Source of the DNA: Candidatus Methylomirabilia bacterium
GTDB lineage: Bacteria; Methylomirabilota; Methylomirabilia; Rokubacteriales; CSP1-6
Length of the DNA: 28,203 nucleotides
Assembly: GCA_041496385.1 (NCBI GenBank)
Contig: JBGQEL010000051.1
Coordinates: 1 to 28,203 of the forward strand
Direction of reading: 5' to 3'
The notes beneath the pieces are model-generated. The model saw nothing but the letters and a program-made list of their open reading frames with translations. It did no database searches and was not told the origin of the DNA. The translations under genes were made by a program, and so were the position numbers. This document shows positions 16,387 to 25,865 of the stretch, piece after piece (position 1 is the first letter of the stretch; each line of letters begins with the position of its first letter).

Positions 16387-18330
16387 ATGGCGAAGGCGCT
16401 CCAAAGGGACGAGCCGATCGAAGCCCTCTTGAAAGAGGGGCGGAAGTTTTTTCCGCCGAAGGCCTTCACGAAGGCCGCGCGCGTCAAGACGACCCGTCTC
16501 TACCAGGAAGCTCGGCGCGACCCCGTGCGGTTCTGGGAGCGCGAGGCGAGGGAGCTCGAGTGGATCAAGCCCTGGAAGCGGGCGCTCGACTGGAAGCTGC
16601 CGAACGCGAAGTGGTTCGTCGGCGGCCAGCTCAATGCCTCCGCCAACTGTCTCGATCGCCACGTCCAGGGCGCGCGGCGCACGAAGGCCGCGCTCATCTG
16701 GGAGGGCGAGCCGGGCGACAGCCGGGTCCTGACCTACTGGGACCTCTATCGCGAGGTCAACCGCTTTGCGGCCGCGCTGCGCAAGCGGGGGGTGAAGAAG
16801 GGCGACATCGTCACCGTCTACATGCCGATGATCCCCGAGGTGGTCGTCGCGATCCTCGCGTGCGCCCGCATCGGCGCTCCACACTCGGTGGTCTTCGCGG
16901 GCTTCTCGCCGGAATCGCTGCGCGACCGCATCAACGACGCGAAGTCGCGCGTCCTCATCACGGCGGACGGCGGCTATCGGCGCGGCGGCGTCGTCCCGCT
17001 CAAGCTGAACGTGGATGAAGCGCTCCTGCAGTGTCCGACCGTCAAGACCGTGATCGTCGCCCGCCGCACCAAGCAGGACGTGCCGTGGACCGAGGGCCGG
17101 GACGTCTGGTGGGACGACTTCATCCGGGACGCGCCGGCGCACTGCACGCCCGAGCGCATGGACGCGGAGGACATGCTCTACCTCCTCTACACGTCCGGCT
17201 CCACGGGAAAGCCGAAGGGCATCGTCCACACGACCGGGGGCTACCTGACGGGCGTCACCACTACCATGAAGTACATCTTCGACCTGCGCGAAGGCGACAC
17301 GTTCTGGTGCACGGCCGACATCGGCTGGGTCACCGGGCACTCGTACATCATCTACGGTCCGCTCTCGAACGGGGCCTCGGTGGTCATGTACGAGGGGACG
17401 CCCGACTTCCCCGACAAGGATCGGTTCTGGCGCATCATCGAAAAATACGGCGTCACGATCCTCTACACGGCGCCCACCGCGATCCGGACGTTCGTGCGCT
17501 GGGGCGAGGAGTATCCCAGGCGCTGCGACCTGTCCTCGCTACGCCTGCTCGGCAGCGTGGGCGAGCCGATCAACCCCGAGGCATGGGTGTGGTACTGGAA
17601 GGTCATCGGCGGCGGGCGCTGCCCGGTCGTCGACACGTGGTGGCAGACGGAGACCGGCCACATCCTCATCACGCCGCTGCCGGGCGTGACGGTCTGCAAG
17701 CCGGGTTCGGCGACGCTGCCGTTCCCCGGCATCGAACCGGATGTCGTGAACGACAGGGGCGAGCCGGCGCAGGCCGGATACCTCGTGCTGAAACGGCCGT
17801 GGCCGGGGATGCTGCGCGGCATCTACGGCGATCCCGAGCGGTTCAAGGAGACGTACTGGAGCCAGATCCCGGGAGTCTATTTCACCGGCGACGGCGCCAA
17901 GCGCGACAAGGACGGCTACTTCTGGCTCCTCGGGCGCATCGACGACGTCATGAACGTCTCCGGACACCGCGTGTCGACGATGGAGGTGGAATCGGCCCTC
18001 GTCGAGCACCCGACGGTCGCCGAGGCGGCGGTCATCGGCAAGTCGCACGAGATCAAGGGCCAGGCGATCTCGGCCTTCGTCACCCTGAAACAAGGACACA
18101 CGATGACACCGGATCTGGAGAATCAGATCAAGGCGCACGTGGCGAAGAAGATCGGCGCGCTGGCGCGACCGGACGACATCATCTACGCGGCCGAGCTGCC
18201 GAAGACGCGAAGCGGCAAGATCATGCGCCGCCTGCTCCGCGACATCGCGGAAGGGCGCGCGCTCGGCGAGACGAGCACGCTGGCCGATCCGGCGGTCGTC
18301 GCGACGCTCAAGAAGGCGTACGAGGAGTAG
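16387..18330 (+). CDS. acs: Acetyl-CoA synthetase (AMP-forming)
   Basis: [69 protein letters not shown]. Confidence 0.97.
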   Translation: MAKALQRDEPIEALLKEGRKFFPPKAFTKAARVKTTRLYQEARRDPVRFWEREARELEWIKPWKRALDWKLPNAKWFVGGQLNASANCLDRHVQGARRTKAALIWEGEPGDSRVLTYWDLYREVNRFAAALRKRGVKKGDIVTVYMPMIPEVVVAILACARIGAPHSVVFAGFSPESLRDRINDAKSRVLITADGGYRRGGVVPLKLNVDEALLQCPTVKTVIVARRTKQDVPWTEGRDVWWDDFIRDAPAHCTPERMDAEDMLYLLYTSGSTGKPKGIVHTTGGYLTGVTTTMKYIFDLREGDTFWCTADIGWVTGHSYIIYGPLSNGASVVMYEGTPDFPDKDRFWRIIEKYGVTILYTAPTAIRTFVRWGEEYPRRCDLSSLRLLGSVGEPINPEAWVWYWKVIGGGRCPVVDTWWQTETGHILITPLPGVTVCKPGSATLPFPGIEPDVVNDRGEPAQAGYLVLKRPWPGMLRGIYGDPERFKETYWSQIPGVYFTGDGAKRDKDGYFWLLGRIDDVMNVSGHRVSTMEVESALVEHPTVAEAAVIGKSHEIKGQAISAFVTLKQGHTMTPDLENQIKAHVAKKIGALARPDDIIYAAELPKTRSGKIMRRLLRDIAEGRALGETSTLADPAVVATLKKAYEE

Positions 18331-18339
18331 CCGCGGCGG

Positions 18340-19125
18340 TCAGATCAGACTGGCCGTCGGACGCAGCCCGAGCGGCGTCGCGATCTTGTAGTACGACGCC
18401 AGAAAGCCCTCCCACCACTCGTGGCGCGCGCCGCCCTTGGCCACCTCGGCGAAGAGGTGAAGACTCTCGTCCTGCCACTGCTGGATGACGTCGAGGTTCT
18501 CGGGATCGTCGTCGATCAGGGCCTTGACGAGGACCCGCGCGTAGCTGATGTGGCGGGTCTCGTCGCGGAGTCGGGCCCGATGATTGACCGCCGAGAACAC
18601 GTCGCCGCGCGCCTCGGCGCCGTCCGCTAGGACGGTGAAGGTCCCCGGCCCGGCCGCGCCCTCGGCCACGAAGTTGGCCTTGACGAGGATCTCGAGCGGG
18701 TCCTCCAGGGTCAGGACGTGCCGGAAGAAGCGGCACGTGGTCCCCGGCTGCTCCCACGCCGGCAGCCAATCGCGCTCGCGGACCCCCGCGCGCTCGAACA
18801 CTTCGCGGTCCATCTCGAGGTGGCGTTGCTCGTCGGCCAGCTGGAACAAGCAGCACTTCTTGAGCTCCTCGCACGGGGCGTTGGCCGCGGCGGTGGCGAT
18901 ATAGTGCGTGGCGGCGAGCTCCGAGTAGTAGTTGTTCGCGAACTGCTCGACCGCGCGCTCGAGGTAGGTCCGGCTGACGGTCTTGTACTCGAGCGCCGCC
19001 TGGGGGATGGCGGCCCGTTCGGCGAGGTATCGTTCGCGCTCACGGGCCTGCAGGGCGATGTAGCGCTCCCAGGTCAGGTTCGCCGGGTCTCTGAAGCGAC
19101 TGTGGTCCTTCAGCACGATGCGCAT
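18340..19125 (-). CDS. Ferritin-like carboxylate-bridged di-iron protein (soluble di-iron monooxygenase hydroxylase-like)
   Basis: Ligand pattern E(SELAA)...DEQRH...E(VAEG)...DETRH and C-terminal DPENLDVIQQW. ATG at 19125 follows GAGGAG. 261 aa. Confidence 0.75.
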   Translation of the reverse strand: MRIVLKDHSRFRDPANLTWERYIALQARERERYLAERAAIPQAALEYKTVSRTYLERAVEQFANNYYSELAATHYIATAAANAPCEELKKCCLFQLADEQRHLEMDREVFERAGVRERDWLPAWEQPGTTCRFFRHVLTLEDPLEILVKANFVAEGAAGPGTFTVLADGAEARGDVFSAVNHRARLRDETRHISYARVLVKALIDDDPENLDVIQQWQDESLHLFAEVAKGGARHEWWEGFLASYYKIATPLGLRPTASLI

Positions 19126-19172
19126 AGGCACCTGCTCCTCTCCGGAGTGGGTCCGCCCTCGGCCGCTACGCC

Positions 19173-19202
19173 ACGGTAGGCCGCCCGGGGGCAGCGTGTC
19201 AA
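19173..19202 (-). promoter_or_regulatory. Candidate sigma70 promoter of the di-iron protein gene
   Basis: Perfect TTGACA (19202-19197), 18 nt spacer, TACCGT (19178-19173), in the ~100-bp intergenic gap. Confidence 0.55.
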
Positions 19203-19226
19203 CGGCGTCGGTCGGGATCCTCGGCA

Positions 19227-20663
19227 TCACCCGCGAACGACCGGCCAGCGCCGGCGCGGGTCGAGCCCCAGCCGCCCGGCGATCCGCTCCCCCGCGGCGC
19301 TCGCCTCGTCGATCGCCTTACGGGAATCGATCCCGACCGCGCGGCCGGCGTCGTAGACGATGCGGCCGTCGACCAGGACGGTGCGGATGCTCCGTCCGTC
19401 CGCGCAGTAGACGAGATTGCGCACGACGTCGTGGCGGGGCACCCACTCCGGCGCGTCGAGATCGTAGATCGCGAGGTCGGCCTTCTTGCCGACCTCGATC
19501 GATCCGAGGACGTCGTCCCGGAGCACGGCGCGTGCGCCGTTCAGCGTGGCCATCTCGAGCGCCGTCTCCGCCGGCACCAGCGTGGGATCCATGCGCGCAT
19601 CCTTGAAGAGCCCGGCGGTCAGGCCGGCGAGGCGGGCGTGGTCGAACGTGCCGCTGGACGACACGCCGTCGGCGCCGAGCGAGACCGTCACGCCGGCGGC
19701 GAGCATTTCAGGAATCTTCCCGATGCGCGTCGTGCCCTTGGCCAGCCGGAGGGCCGCCCCCGGGCAGAACGCGACCTTGGTGCCGCGCTCGGCCAGGATC
19801 TGGACCTCGCGATCGGTGACGGCCGTGCAGTGGGTCAGCAGGAGGTCGGGGCCCAGCACGCCGAGCCGGTCGAGGTGGGTGATCGGCCAGCAGCCCACGC
19901 GCGCTTCGAGGCCGCGCGCCTCCTCGATCGAGGACGCGATGTGAAACGCCATGCCGACGCCATGCCGCTCGGCCACCGCCCGGAGGCCGGCGAAGAGATC
20001 GTCCGAACAGTAGGACAGTCCGTAGACCGAGGCCCAGACGCGGATCCGCCCATCGGCGCTCTGCGTCCAGCGACCGAGGAGCGCGTCGACCTCGCCCAGC
20101 GCCGCCTCGGGTGAGGGAGACAGCACGCGCTCCCGCAGTGCGGGCGCCATCGCGTCCGACATCTCCTTCGGCATCCGATCGAACACCCCGCGGCCGAGCA
20201 CCGCCCGCATGCCGCTCTCGGACACGGCCTGGGCGACCGCGTCGAGGTGACCGAGCGAGGTCAGCACGTTGACGTCCACGAAGCACGTCGTGCCGCTGCG
20301 AAGCATCTCCAGGCACGCGAGGCGGGCGGAGACGTACGCCTCCCCCTCCGTCAGCGCCGCGTAGAACGGCCGCGCGTAGGTCGCGGCCCAGGCGAAGGTC
20401 GCGAGATCGTCCGGGATGAGGCCGCGGCTGAGATGCTCGAACGTGTGGACGTGCGTGTTGACGTATCCGGGCAGCACGAGCCGCCCCCGGCCCTCCAGGA
20501 CCGCCCCCCGCTCCCGGCAGGCGGCGAGATGCCTGGCGTCCATCGCCGGCGCCGGCCCGAGATCCGTGATCGAGCCCGCGTCGACGAGCAGCGAGTGATG
20601 CTCGAGGATGCGCCGGCGGGCGTCGAGCGTCAGGACATAGTCCGCGTCCCTGATCAGCAGCAC
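19227..20663 (-). CDS. Metal-dependent amidohydrolase (Atz/Trz, MTA/SAH-deaminase-like)
   Basis: LPGYVNTHVH, EMLRSGTTCFVD, FHIAS, LLTHC, SLGADG, ALEMATLNGA, GSIEVGKKADL. Confidence 0.88.
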   Translation of the reverse strand: MLLIRDADYVLTLDARRRILEHHSLLVDAGSITDLGPAPAMDARHLAACRERGAVLEGRGRLVLPGYVNTHVHTFEHLSRGLIPDDLATFAWAATYARPFYAALTEGEAYVSARLACLEMLRSGTTCFVDVNVLTSLGHLDAVAQAVSESGMRAVLGRGVFDRMPKEMSDAMAPALRERVLSPSPEAALGEVDALLGRWTQSADGRIRVWASVYGLSYCSDDLFAGLRAVAERHGVGMAFHIASSIEEARGLEARVGCWPITHLDRLGVLGPDLLLTHCTAVTDREVQILAERGTKVAFCPGAALRLAKGTTRIGKIPEMLAAGVTVSLGADGVSSSGTFDHARLAGLTAGLFKDARMDPTLVPAETALEMATLNGARAVLRDDVLGSIEVGKKADLAIYDLDAPEWVPRHDVVRNLVYCADGRSIRTVLVDGRIVYDAGRAVGIDSRKAIDEASAAGERIAGRLGLDPRRRWPVVRG

Positions 20664-20667
20664 GGCG

Positions 20668-21270
20668 CTACGGGCGGAGCACCTGGCACGCCACCGGCTT
20701 CGGCGTGCGGTCGGGCCCGTTCGTCGGGAAGACGTCCATGGGGCACGCCGAGAAGACGACGATCGTGTCGACCTCGGCCGTGAAGACCACGTAGTCGCCG
20801 GCCTGCACCGGCGGCGGCACGACGACGAGGGCCCCGTCCTGGCCGACCGGACAGTTCTCGAACGTGTTGAGCGGGCAGGGCGAGTGCGGTGCCTTCAGAC
20901 CGAGCTCCGCCAGCGCGGCAACGAGGTTCTCGGCGCAGCTCGCGTGCTGCTCGAAGCCGAGCATCGCGTAGCGAACCGGATCGCAGGCGGCGCGGAGCGT
21001 GTCGTGCACGCCCGGGGAGGTGTCCTCGGTGATCGTCAGGAGCGGCCGGCGGCGATTCGAGAAGAGCTGGTCGCCCTTCCTGGGATTGACCCGGCCCAGC
21101 ATCACCCGGGTGTGCTCCATCGACATGTGCTCGGCGAGATCGTGGGCGTTGAACGCCCAGGTGTCGACGACCTGGCTTCCGCGCGTGTTGATCAGCTTCA
21201 CGCTCCAGCCAGTCGGTAGATCCACCGCCTTGCCCGCGCGGGCCGGCACCTCGATCGTCTCGGGGCTCAT
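20668..21270 (-). CDS. DUF1989 / urea-carboxylase-associated family protein
   Basis: G.QVVDTWAFN, SMEHTR, EDTSPGVHDTL.AACD..RY, HASCAENL, PLNTFEN, FSACPMD. Confidence 0.88.
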   Translation of the reverse strand: MSPETIEVPARAGKAVDLPTGWSVKLINTRGSQVVDTWAFNAHDLAEHMSMEHTRVMLGRVNPRKGDQLFSNRRRPLLTITEDTSPGVHDTLRAACDPVRYAMLGFEQHASCAENLVAALAELGLKAPHSPCPLNTFENCPVGQDGALVVVPPPVQAGDYVVFTAEVDTIVVFSACPMDVFPTNGPDRTPKPVACQVLRP

Positions 21271-21308
21271 CGTCGTCTCCTCGTCTGTCTGGCCCGCCTC
21301 GGAGCGGC

Positions 21309-22094
21309 TCAGGCGAATCGTTGCAGGAACTGCCGGACGCGCGCCGTCGACGGGTTGTCGAAGAAGCGCTGGGGGGCCGCGGTCTCGATGACGGCTCCCT
21401 CGTCCATGAACAGGACCTCGTCGGCGGCCTCGCGCGCGAAGCCCATCTCGTGGGTCACCACGATCATCGTCTGGCCTTCGCGGGCCAGGTCGCGCATGAC
21501 CGCGAGCACCTCCCCGACGAGCTCGGGATCGAGCGAGCTCGTCGGCTCGTCGAACAGCAGGACCTCGGGCTTCATGGCGAGCGCCCGGGCGATGGCGACC
21601 CGCTGCTTCTGGCCGCCCGACAGCCGGCTCGGATACGCGTCACGCTTGTCGCGGAGGCCGATCTTGTCGAGCAGCGCGTCGGCCTCGGCGACGACCTCGC
21701 CGCGAGGCCGCTGCTGGACGTGGATGGGGCTCTCCACGAGGTTCCCGAGCACGGTGAGGTGGGGCCAGAGGTTGAACTGCTGAAAGACCATCCCGATCCG
21801 CGTGCGCATACGCGCCAGCTCGCGGTCGGACATGGGCCGCTCGCGCCCCGCCGGCGTGCGCCGGAAGCCGACGCGCTCGCCCCGGAGGAAGACCGCGCCC
21901 TCGTCGGGGCGCTCGAGAAAGTTGATGCAGCGGAGGAGCGTCGACTTGCCGGAGCCGCTCGGCCCGAGCACGCAGAGCGTCCGCCCGGCGGCGACGTGCA
22001 GGCTCACGTCGCGGAGCACCCGCAGCGGTCCGAAGCTCTTGCCGAGTCCCCGGACGTCGACGACGTGGCCGGCGTGCCCGCGCGGCTCACTCAT
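21309..22094 (-). CDS. Polar amino-acid ABC transporter ATP-binding protein
   Basis: GPSGSGKST, VFQQFNLWPH, LSGGQKQRVAIARAL, LLFDEPTS, VTHEMGFA. Confidence 0.95.
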   Translation of the reverse strand: MSEPRGHAGHVVDVRGLGKSFGPLRVLRDVSLHVAAGRTLCVLGPSGSGKSTLLRCINFLERPDEGAVFLRGERVGFRRTPAGRERPMSDRELARMRTRIGMVFQQFNLWPHLTVLGNLVESPIHVQQRPRGEVVAEADALLDKIGLRDKRDAYPSRLSGGQKQRVAIARALAMKPEVLLFDEPTSSLDPELVGEVLAVMRDLAREGQTMIVVTHEMGFAREAADEVLFMDEGAVIETAAPQRFFDNPSTARVRQFLQRFA

Positions 22095-22749
22095 GGCCGC
22101 GCACCACCGCCACGCGCTCCATGCCACGGACGATCCACTCGATCGTGGAGCAGATGGTCCAGTAGAGCATCACCGCGACGAGCATCGTCTCGAACGGGAC
22201 GAAGTAGATCGCCTGCACCTGATTCGCCATGAACGTGAGGTCGGGAATGGTGATGACCATGAGGAAGGCCGAGTTCTTCACGAGCGTGATCAGCTGGTTG
22301 CCGAGGACCGGACCGCTCGCGATCAGGATCTGCGGCAGGATGATCCGGCGGTACAGGCCGACCCCGGCGTACCCGTACGCGCGGCCCGCCTCCTCCTGCT
22401 CGCGCGGCAGGTGCGCCCAGGCGCCGCGGAGGATCTCGGCGAAGTAGGCCGTGTTGTACACGACCAGGGACGCCAGGCCGCACGTCCAGCTCGAGAAGCG
22501 CAGGTGCAGCGCGGGCAGGCAGTAGTACACGATGAAGAGCAGCATGAGAAACGGCAACGCGCGCAGCACGTCGACCGCGCCCTGCGCCGCGCGGCGCAGC
22601 GCGCTCCGCCGGGAGACGAGCAGCATCGACACGAAGACCGAGAGGACGAGCGACACGGCCCCCGAGAGCGCGCAGATCCAGACCGTGTTCAGGAACCCGG
22701 TGGTGAGCGGCTTCCATTCGCCCAGGACGACCGCGAAGTTGGCGATCAC
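22087..22749 (-). CDS. Polar amino-acid ABC transporter permease
   Basis: LRALPFL, AYFAEILRG, EEAGRAYG (EAA loop), IILPQ, LVKNSA. The GTG start overlaps the upstream stop. Confidence 0.9.
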   Translation of the reverse strand: MIANFAVVLGEWKPLTTGFLNTVWICALSGAVSLVLSVFVSMLLVSRRSALRRAAQGAVDVLRALPFLMLLFIVYYCLPALHLRFSSWTCGLASLVVYNTAYFAEILRGAWAHLPREQEEAGRAYGYAGVGLYRRIILPQILIASGPVLGNQLITLVKNSAFLMVITIPDLTFMANQVQAIYFVPFETMLVAVMLYWTICSTIEWIVRGMERVAVVRGHE

Positions 22750-23396
22750 AGGCTGCCGTACCGCTCGACGATCCGCTGCTCCACGGACCGCTGGAGGCGG
22801 ATCAGGCACATGACGACGACGACGTAGATCGCGGCCGCCGTCAGGAAGGGCCGGACGGGCTCGTAGGTGACGGTGGTCCAGCGCACCGCCACGCGCGTCA
22901 GGTCGACGACGCCGATGACCGCGACCGCCGGGCTGCCCTTGACGACGAGCGTCATCTCGTTGACGAGGCCGGGCAGGCTCGCCCGCCAGGCCTGCGGGAA
23001 GACGATCCGACGGAATGCGACGGCGCGCGTCATCCCCCCGGCGCGCGCGGCGTCGAGCTGGCCCCGGGGGAAGTCGAGCAGCGACGCGCGCCAGATCTCC
23101 GCCTGGAACACGGAGGTGTTGATCGAGATGATCATGATCGCCGCGACCAGCGGCGACAGGGACAGCCCGAAGCTCGGCAGCCCGAAGAAGATCAGGAGCG
23201 CCAGCGTCACCATGGGCGTGGCACGGACGACGCTCACGTAGACGGCGACCGCCGGCGAGACGACGGGCACGCCGCGCGCCCGGACGAGCGCGAGCGCGAG
23301 ACCGAGGACCAACCCGACGGCGATGCCGGCGAGCGACACCGTGACGGTGGTGACGGTCCCCCTGGCGAGCTCGGACAGCAGCGGGCTCCAGGCCAT
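22746..23396 (-). CDS. Polar amino-acid ABC transporter permease
   Basis: VVRATP, QAEIWR, GQLDAARAGGM, IVFPQA. Confidence 0.9.
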   Translation of the reverse strand: MAWSPLLSELARGTVTTVTVSLAGIAVGLVLGLALALVRARGVPVVSPAVAVYVSVVRATPMVTLALLIFFGLPSFGLSLSPLVAAIMIISINTSVFQAEIWRASLLDFPRGQLDAARAGGMTRAVAFRRIVFPQAWRASLPGLVNEMTLVVKGSPAVAVIGVVDLTRVAVRWTTVTYEPVRPFLTAAAIYVVVVMCLIRLQRSVEQRIVERYGSL

Positions 23397-23406
23397 GGCG
23401 GACGCT

Positions 23407-23427
23407 GCGCGGGCGGCCGGCCCGCGC
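23407..23427 (-). other. GC-rich hairpin immediately after the binding-protein gene stop
   Basis: GCGCGGGC (23407-23414) / GCCCGCGC (23420-23427): 8-bp stem, 5-nt loop, no U-tract. Confidence 0.45.
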
Positions 23428-24309
23428 CTATTCCGGCATCGGGCGGTTCCCCGGCAATTTCGCCTCCCACGGCAGGTCGGGGAACGACCGGCCGAGCCAC
23501 TTCTCCTGGAGGCGGTAGAGATTGCCGTTCTTCCGCTGCTCGGTGAAGAACTGGTTGAGCAGGTCGCGCAGTTCCTTGTTGCCGCGCTTCACCGCCCACG
23601 CGTGGTAGCCGATCGGCACGACCGCCTGCCCCAGCTCGAACTCGCCCGGGCGCTTGCGCAGGACGTCCGAGATCGCGATCACGCTGTTGAGGACGTAGTC
23701 GATGCGTCCATTCGCCAGGTCCTGGTAGGCCTCGGGATAGGACGCGTAGAGCGACACCTTGCCGAGCTTGCCGCCGGTCTTTTGCAGCAGCGCGTCCACC
23801 TCGGGCAGCCGCTGGTGGATCGAGCTCCCCTGCTGGGTTCCGATCGTGAGCCCGGCCAGGTCCTTGATGGACTGGATGCGCGCATCGCCCTTGCGCTTCA
23901 TATAATAGTGCGTGGCCTCGGCGATCGGCATGGCGAAGTAGAGCTGCTGGGCGCGCTGATCGCTGATCGTCGCCGCCGAGAGCGCGACGTCGAACTGGCC
24001 GCTGACGACCCCGGCGAGCAGCCCTTGCCAGGGCAGGATCTCCTGGCGGACCTGGAACGAGGCCCACTCCTTCAGCAGCTTGTAGAGGTCATGGTCGAGT
24101 CCGACGGGCTGACCGTCCTGCACGAACTCGAAGGGGGGGTAGTTGTCCTCCGTCGCGACGATCATGTGGCCGCGCTTCTTGATCTCCTCGAGCGACGCCG
24201 CGCTCGCCGGGCGGGCGACGGCGCCGAACAGAACCGTCACGCAGAGCAGCGCGGCCAGCGTCCCGTTGCGTGTCCCCTGACGTGTCATCGTCTTCACCTC
24301 GCTCATCAT
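23428..24309 (-). CDS. ABC transporter substrate-binding protein (SBP family 3, polar amino acid type)
   Basis: Signal peptide (...ARPASA), LEEIKKRG, ATEDNYPPFEF, PWQGLL.G..SGQFD, DLANGRID. Confidence 0.92.
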   Translation of the reverse strand: MMSEVKTMTRQGTRNGTLAALLCVTVLFGAVARPASAASLEEIKKRGHMIVATEDNYPPFEFVQDGQPVGLDHDLYKLLKEWASFQVRQEILPWQGLLAGVVSGQFDVALSAATISDQRAQQLYFAMPIAEATHYYMKRKGDARIQSIKDLAGLTIGTQQGSSIHQRLPEVDALLQKTGGKLGKVSLYASYPEAYQDLANGRIDYVLNSVIAISDVLRKRPGEFELGQAVVPIGYHAWAVKRGNKELRDLLNQFFTEQRKNGNLYRLQEKWLGRSFPDLPWEAKLPGNRPMPE

Positions 24310-24319
24310 GGGGCGCCTC

Positions 24320-25369
24320 CTACCGGAGCCGCCACTCGTTGAACTGCTCCTGCACCTTGTCCAGATTGGGTCCCCACCAGTTGCCGTTGAGCAGGAACCC
24401 CTGCTTGAGATTGTCGGGATGGGAGGCCAGCAGCGGGCGCAGCTTCGGGTCGATGAGCGGCAGCGCCTTGCCGTTGGTCGGCGCGAACGCCGCGCCCGCG
24501 TACTTCACGAGGTCGGCCTGGCGGTTGGCCTGGATCGCGTAGTTGATGAACTTCATCGCGTTCTCGGCGTTCGGCGCGCCCTTCGCCACCGTCCACGCCT
24601 CGTAGTAGAAGCAGGCGCCCTGATAGGAGAAGCCGAAGGGCTGCCCCGCCAGCATCTCGGAGATGGTCCGGGTCCACGGCGTCATGGAGACCTCGCCGGA
24701 CTTGAGGAGCACGCCCGGCTGCGGGAACTGCGACCACCACACCTTCACGTCGGCCTTGATGCGGTCGAGGCTCTTGAGCGCCCGCGGCACGTCGATCGGG
24801 TAGAGCTTGTCCATCGGCACGCCGTCGGCGATCAGCGCGATCTCCATGGTGATGCCGGGGAAGTTGTACATGCCCCGCGGCCCGGGGAACTTCTTGGGAT
24901 CCCAGAAGTCCGTCCACGTCTGCGGCACCGGCTTCCCCGCAAACGCGTTGACGCCGTACGAGAGCCCCATCGCGATGACGATGTGGCCGACCGAGCGCTC
25001 CGACACGAGCTCGGGCACGACGTCCTTGGCGTTGACGATGTTGTAGTTGATGGGCGCGATGAGGTCGTCGCGCACGGCGGTGTAGAGGAGGCGGTTCGGC
25101 AGCGGCACCAGATCCCACTCCACGCGCTTGGACTGCACCTGCGCCTTGAGCTTGGCCAGGTCCACCCCGGTGGTCTGGATGACCTTGATGCCGGTCTCGC
25201 GCTCGAACGGCTCGAAGTACGCCTTGGTCTGGCCTTCCTGGTAGGTGCCGCCGAAGCCCACGAACACGAGCTCGTTGCCGGCCGCGCGGGCGCCCCGGAT
25301 CACCGCGGGGAACGCTACTGCCGCCGCGCCCCCCGCCGCCACCGTCTTCACGAATTGCCTTCGATTCAT
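24320..25369 (-). CDS. PotD/PotF-like ABC substrate-binding protein with Tat signal
   Basis: MNRRQFVK twin-arginine signal, GFGG.YQ, PFERETGIKV, W.DFWD.KKFPG.R, EIALIADGV. RBS GAGGAGG. Confidence 0.9.
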   Translation of the reverse strand: MNRRQFVKTVAAGGAAAVAFPAVIRGARAAGNELVFVGFGGTYQEGQTKAYFEPFERETGIKVIQTTGVDLAKLKAQVQSKRVEWDLVPLPNRLLYTAVRDDLIAPINYNIVNAKDVVPELVSERSVGHIVIAMGLSYGVNAFAGKPVPQTWTDFWDPKKFPGPRGMYNFPGITMEIALIADGVPMDKLYPIDVPRALKSLDRIKADVKVWWSQFPQPGVLLKSGEVSMTPWTRTISEMLAGQPFGFSYQGACFYYEAWTVAKGAPNAENAMKFINYAIQANRQADLVKYAGAAFAPTNGKALPLIDPKLRPLLASHPDNLKQGFLLNGNWWGPNLDKVQEQFNEWRLR

Positions 25370-25380
25370 CGTTATCCTCC

Positions 25381-25842
25381 TCATGAGGTGACCTGCACGA
25401 TCAGCTCGACCTCGACGGACACGTTGGACGGCAGCGCCCGCAGCCCGATGGCCGAGCGGGCATGGCGACCGCGCTCCCCGAACACCTTCTCGAGGAGGTC
25501 GGAGGCGCCGTCGAGGACCTCCGACAGCCGCTCGTAGCCGTGGACGCAGTTGACGAAGCCCGTGACCTTCACGACACGCCGGACACGCCCGAGGTCGCCC
25601 ACCAGCAGCTTGACGCAGGCGAGGCAGTTCAGCGCCGAGTCGCGCGCCGAGCGATACGCCTCCTCCGGAGTGACCTCGCGCCCGACCACGCCGACGTATC
25701 GCCGGACGCCGTCGAGGCGCGTCGTTTGCCCCGAGGTGAACACGAGATCCCCGGCGCGTGCCGCCGGCACGTAGTTGCCGACGGGCGTGGGCGGGCCCGG
25801 CAGGGCGAGGCCGAGCGCGGCCAGCCGCTCCTCGACGCCCAT
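25381..25842 (-). CDS. RidA/YjgF family protein
   Basis: VEERL..LGL.LP, P.PVGNYVP, FTSGQ, GASDLL..VFGE.GRHARSAIG...LP....VEVE. Confidence 0.9.
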   Translation of the reverse strand: MGVEERLAALGLALPGPPTPVGNYVPAARAGDLVFTSGQTTRLDGVRRYVGVVGREVTPEEAYRSARDSALNCLACVKLLVGDLGRVRRVVKVTGFVNCVHGYERLSEVLDGASDLLEKVFGERGRHARSAIGLRALPSNVSVEVELIVQVTS

Positions 25843-25865
25843 GGTCGCGCCGCGGGGCCCCTCGA

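Noticed and set aside
16387..18330. acs as the Wood-Ljungdahl carbonyl branch completing the methyl branch
   Set aside because: The motifs are those of AMP-forming acetyl-CoA synthetase, not the Ni-dependent acetyl-CoA synthase.
21271..21308. Possible guanidine riboswitch ahead of the DUF1989 gene
   Set aside because: Only 38 bp inside an operon, with no tandem ACGR hairpins or ykkC-like consensus recognisable.
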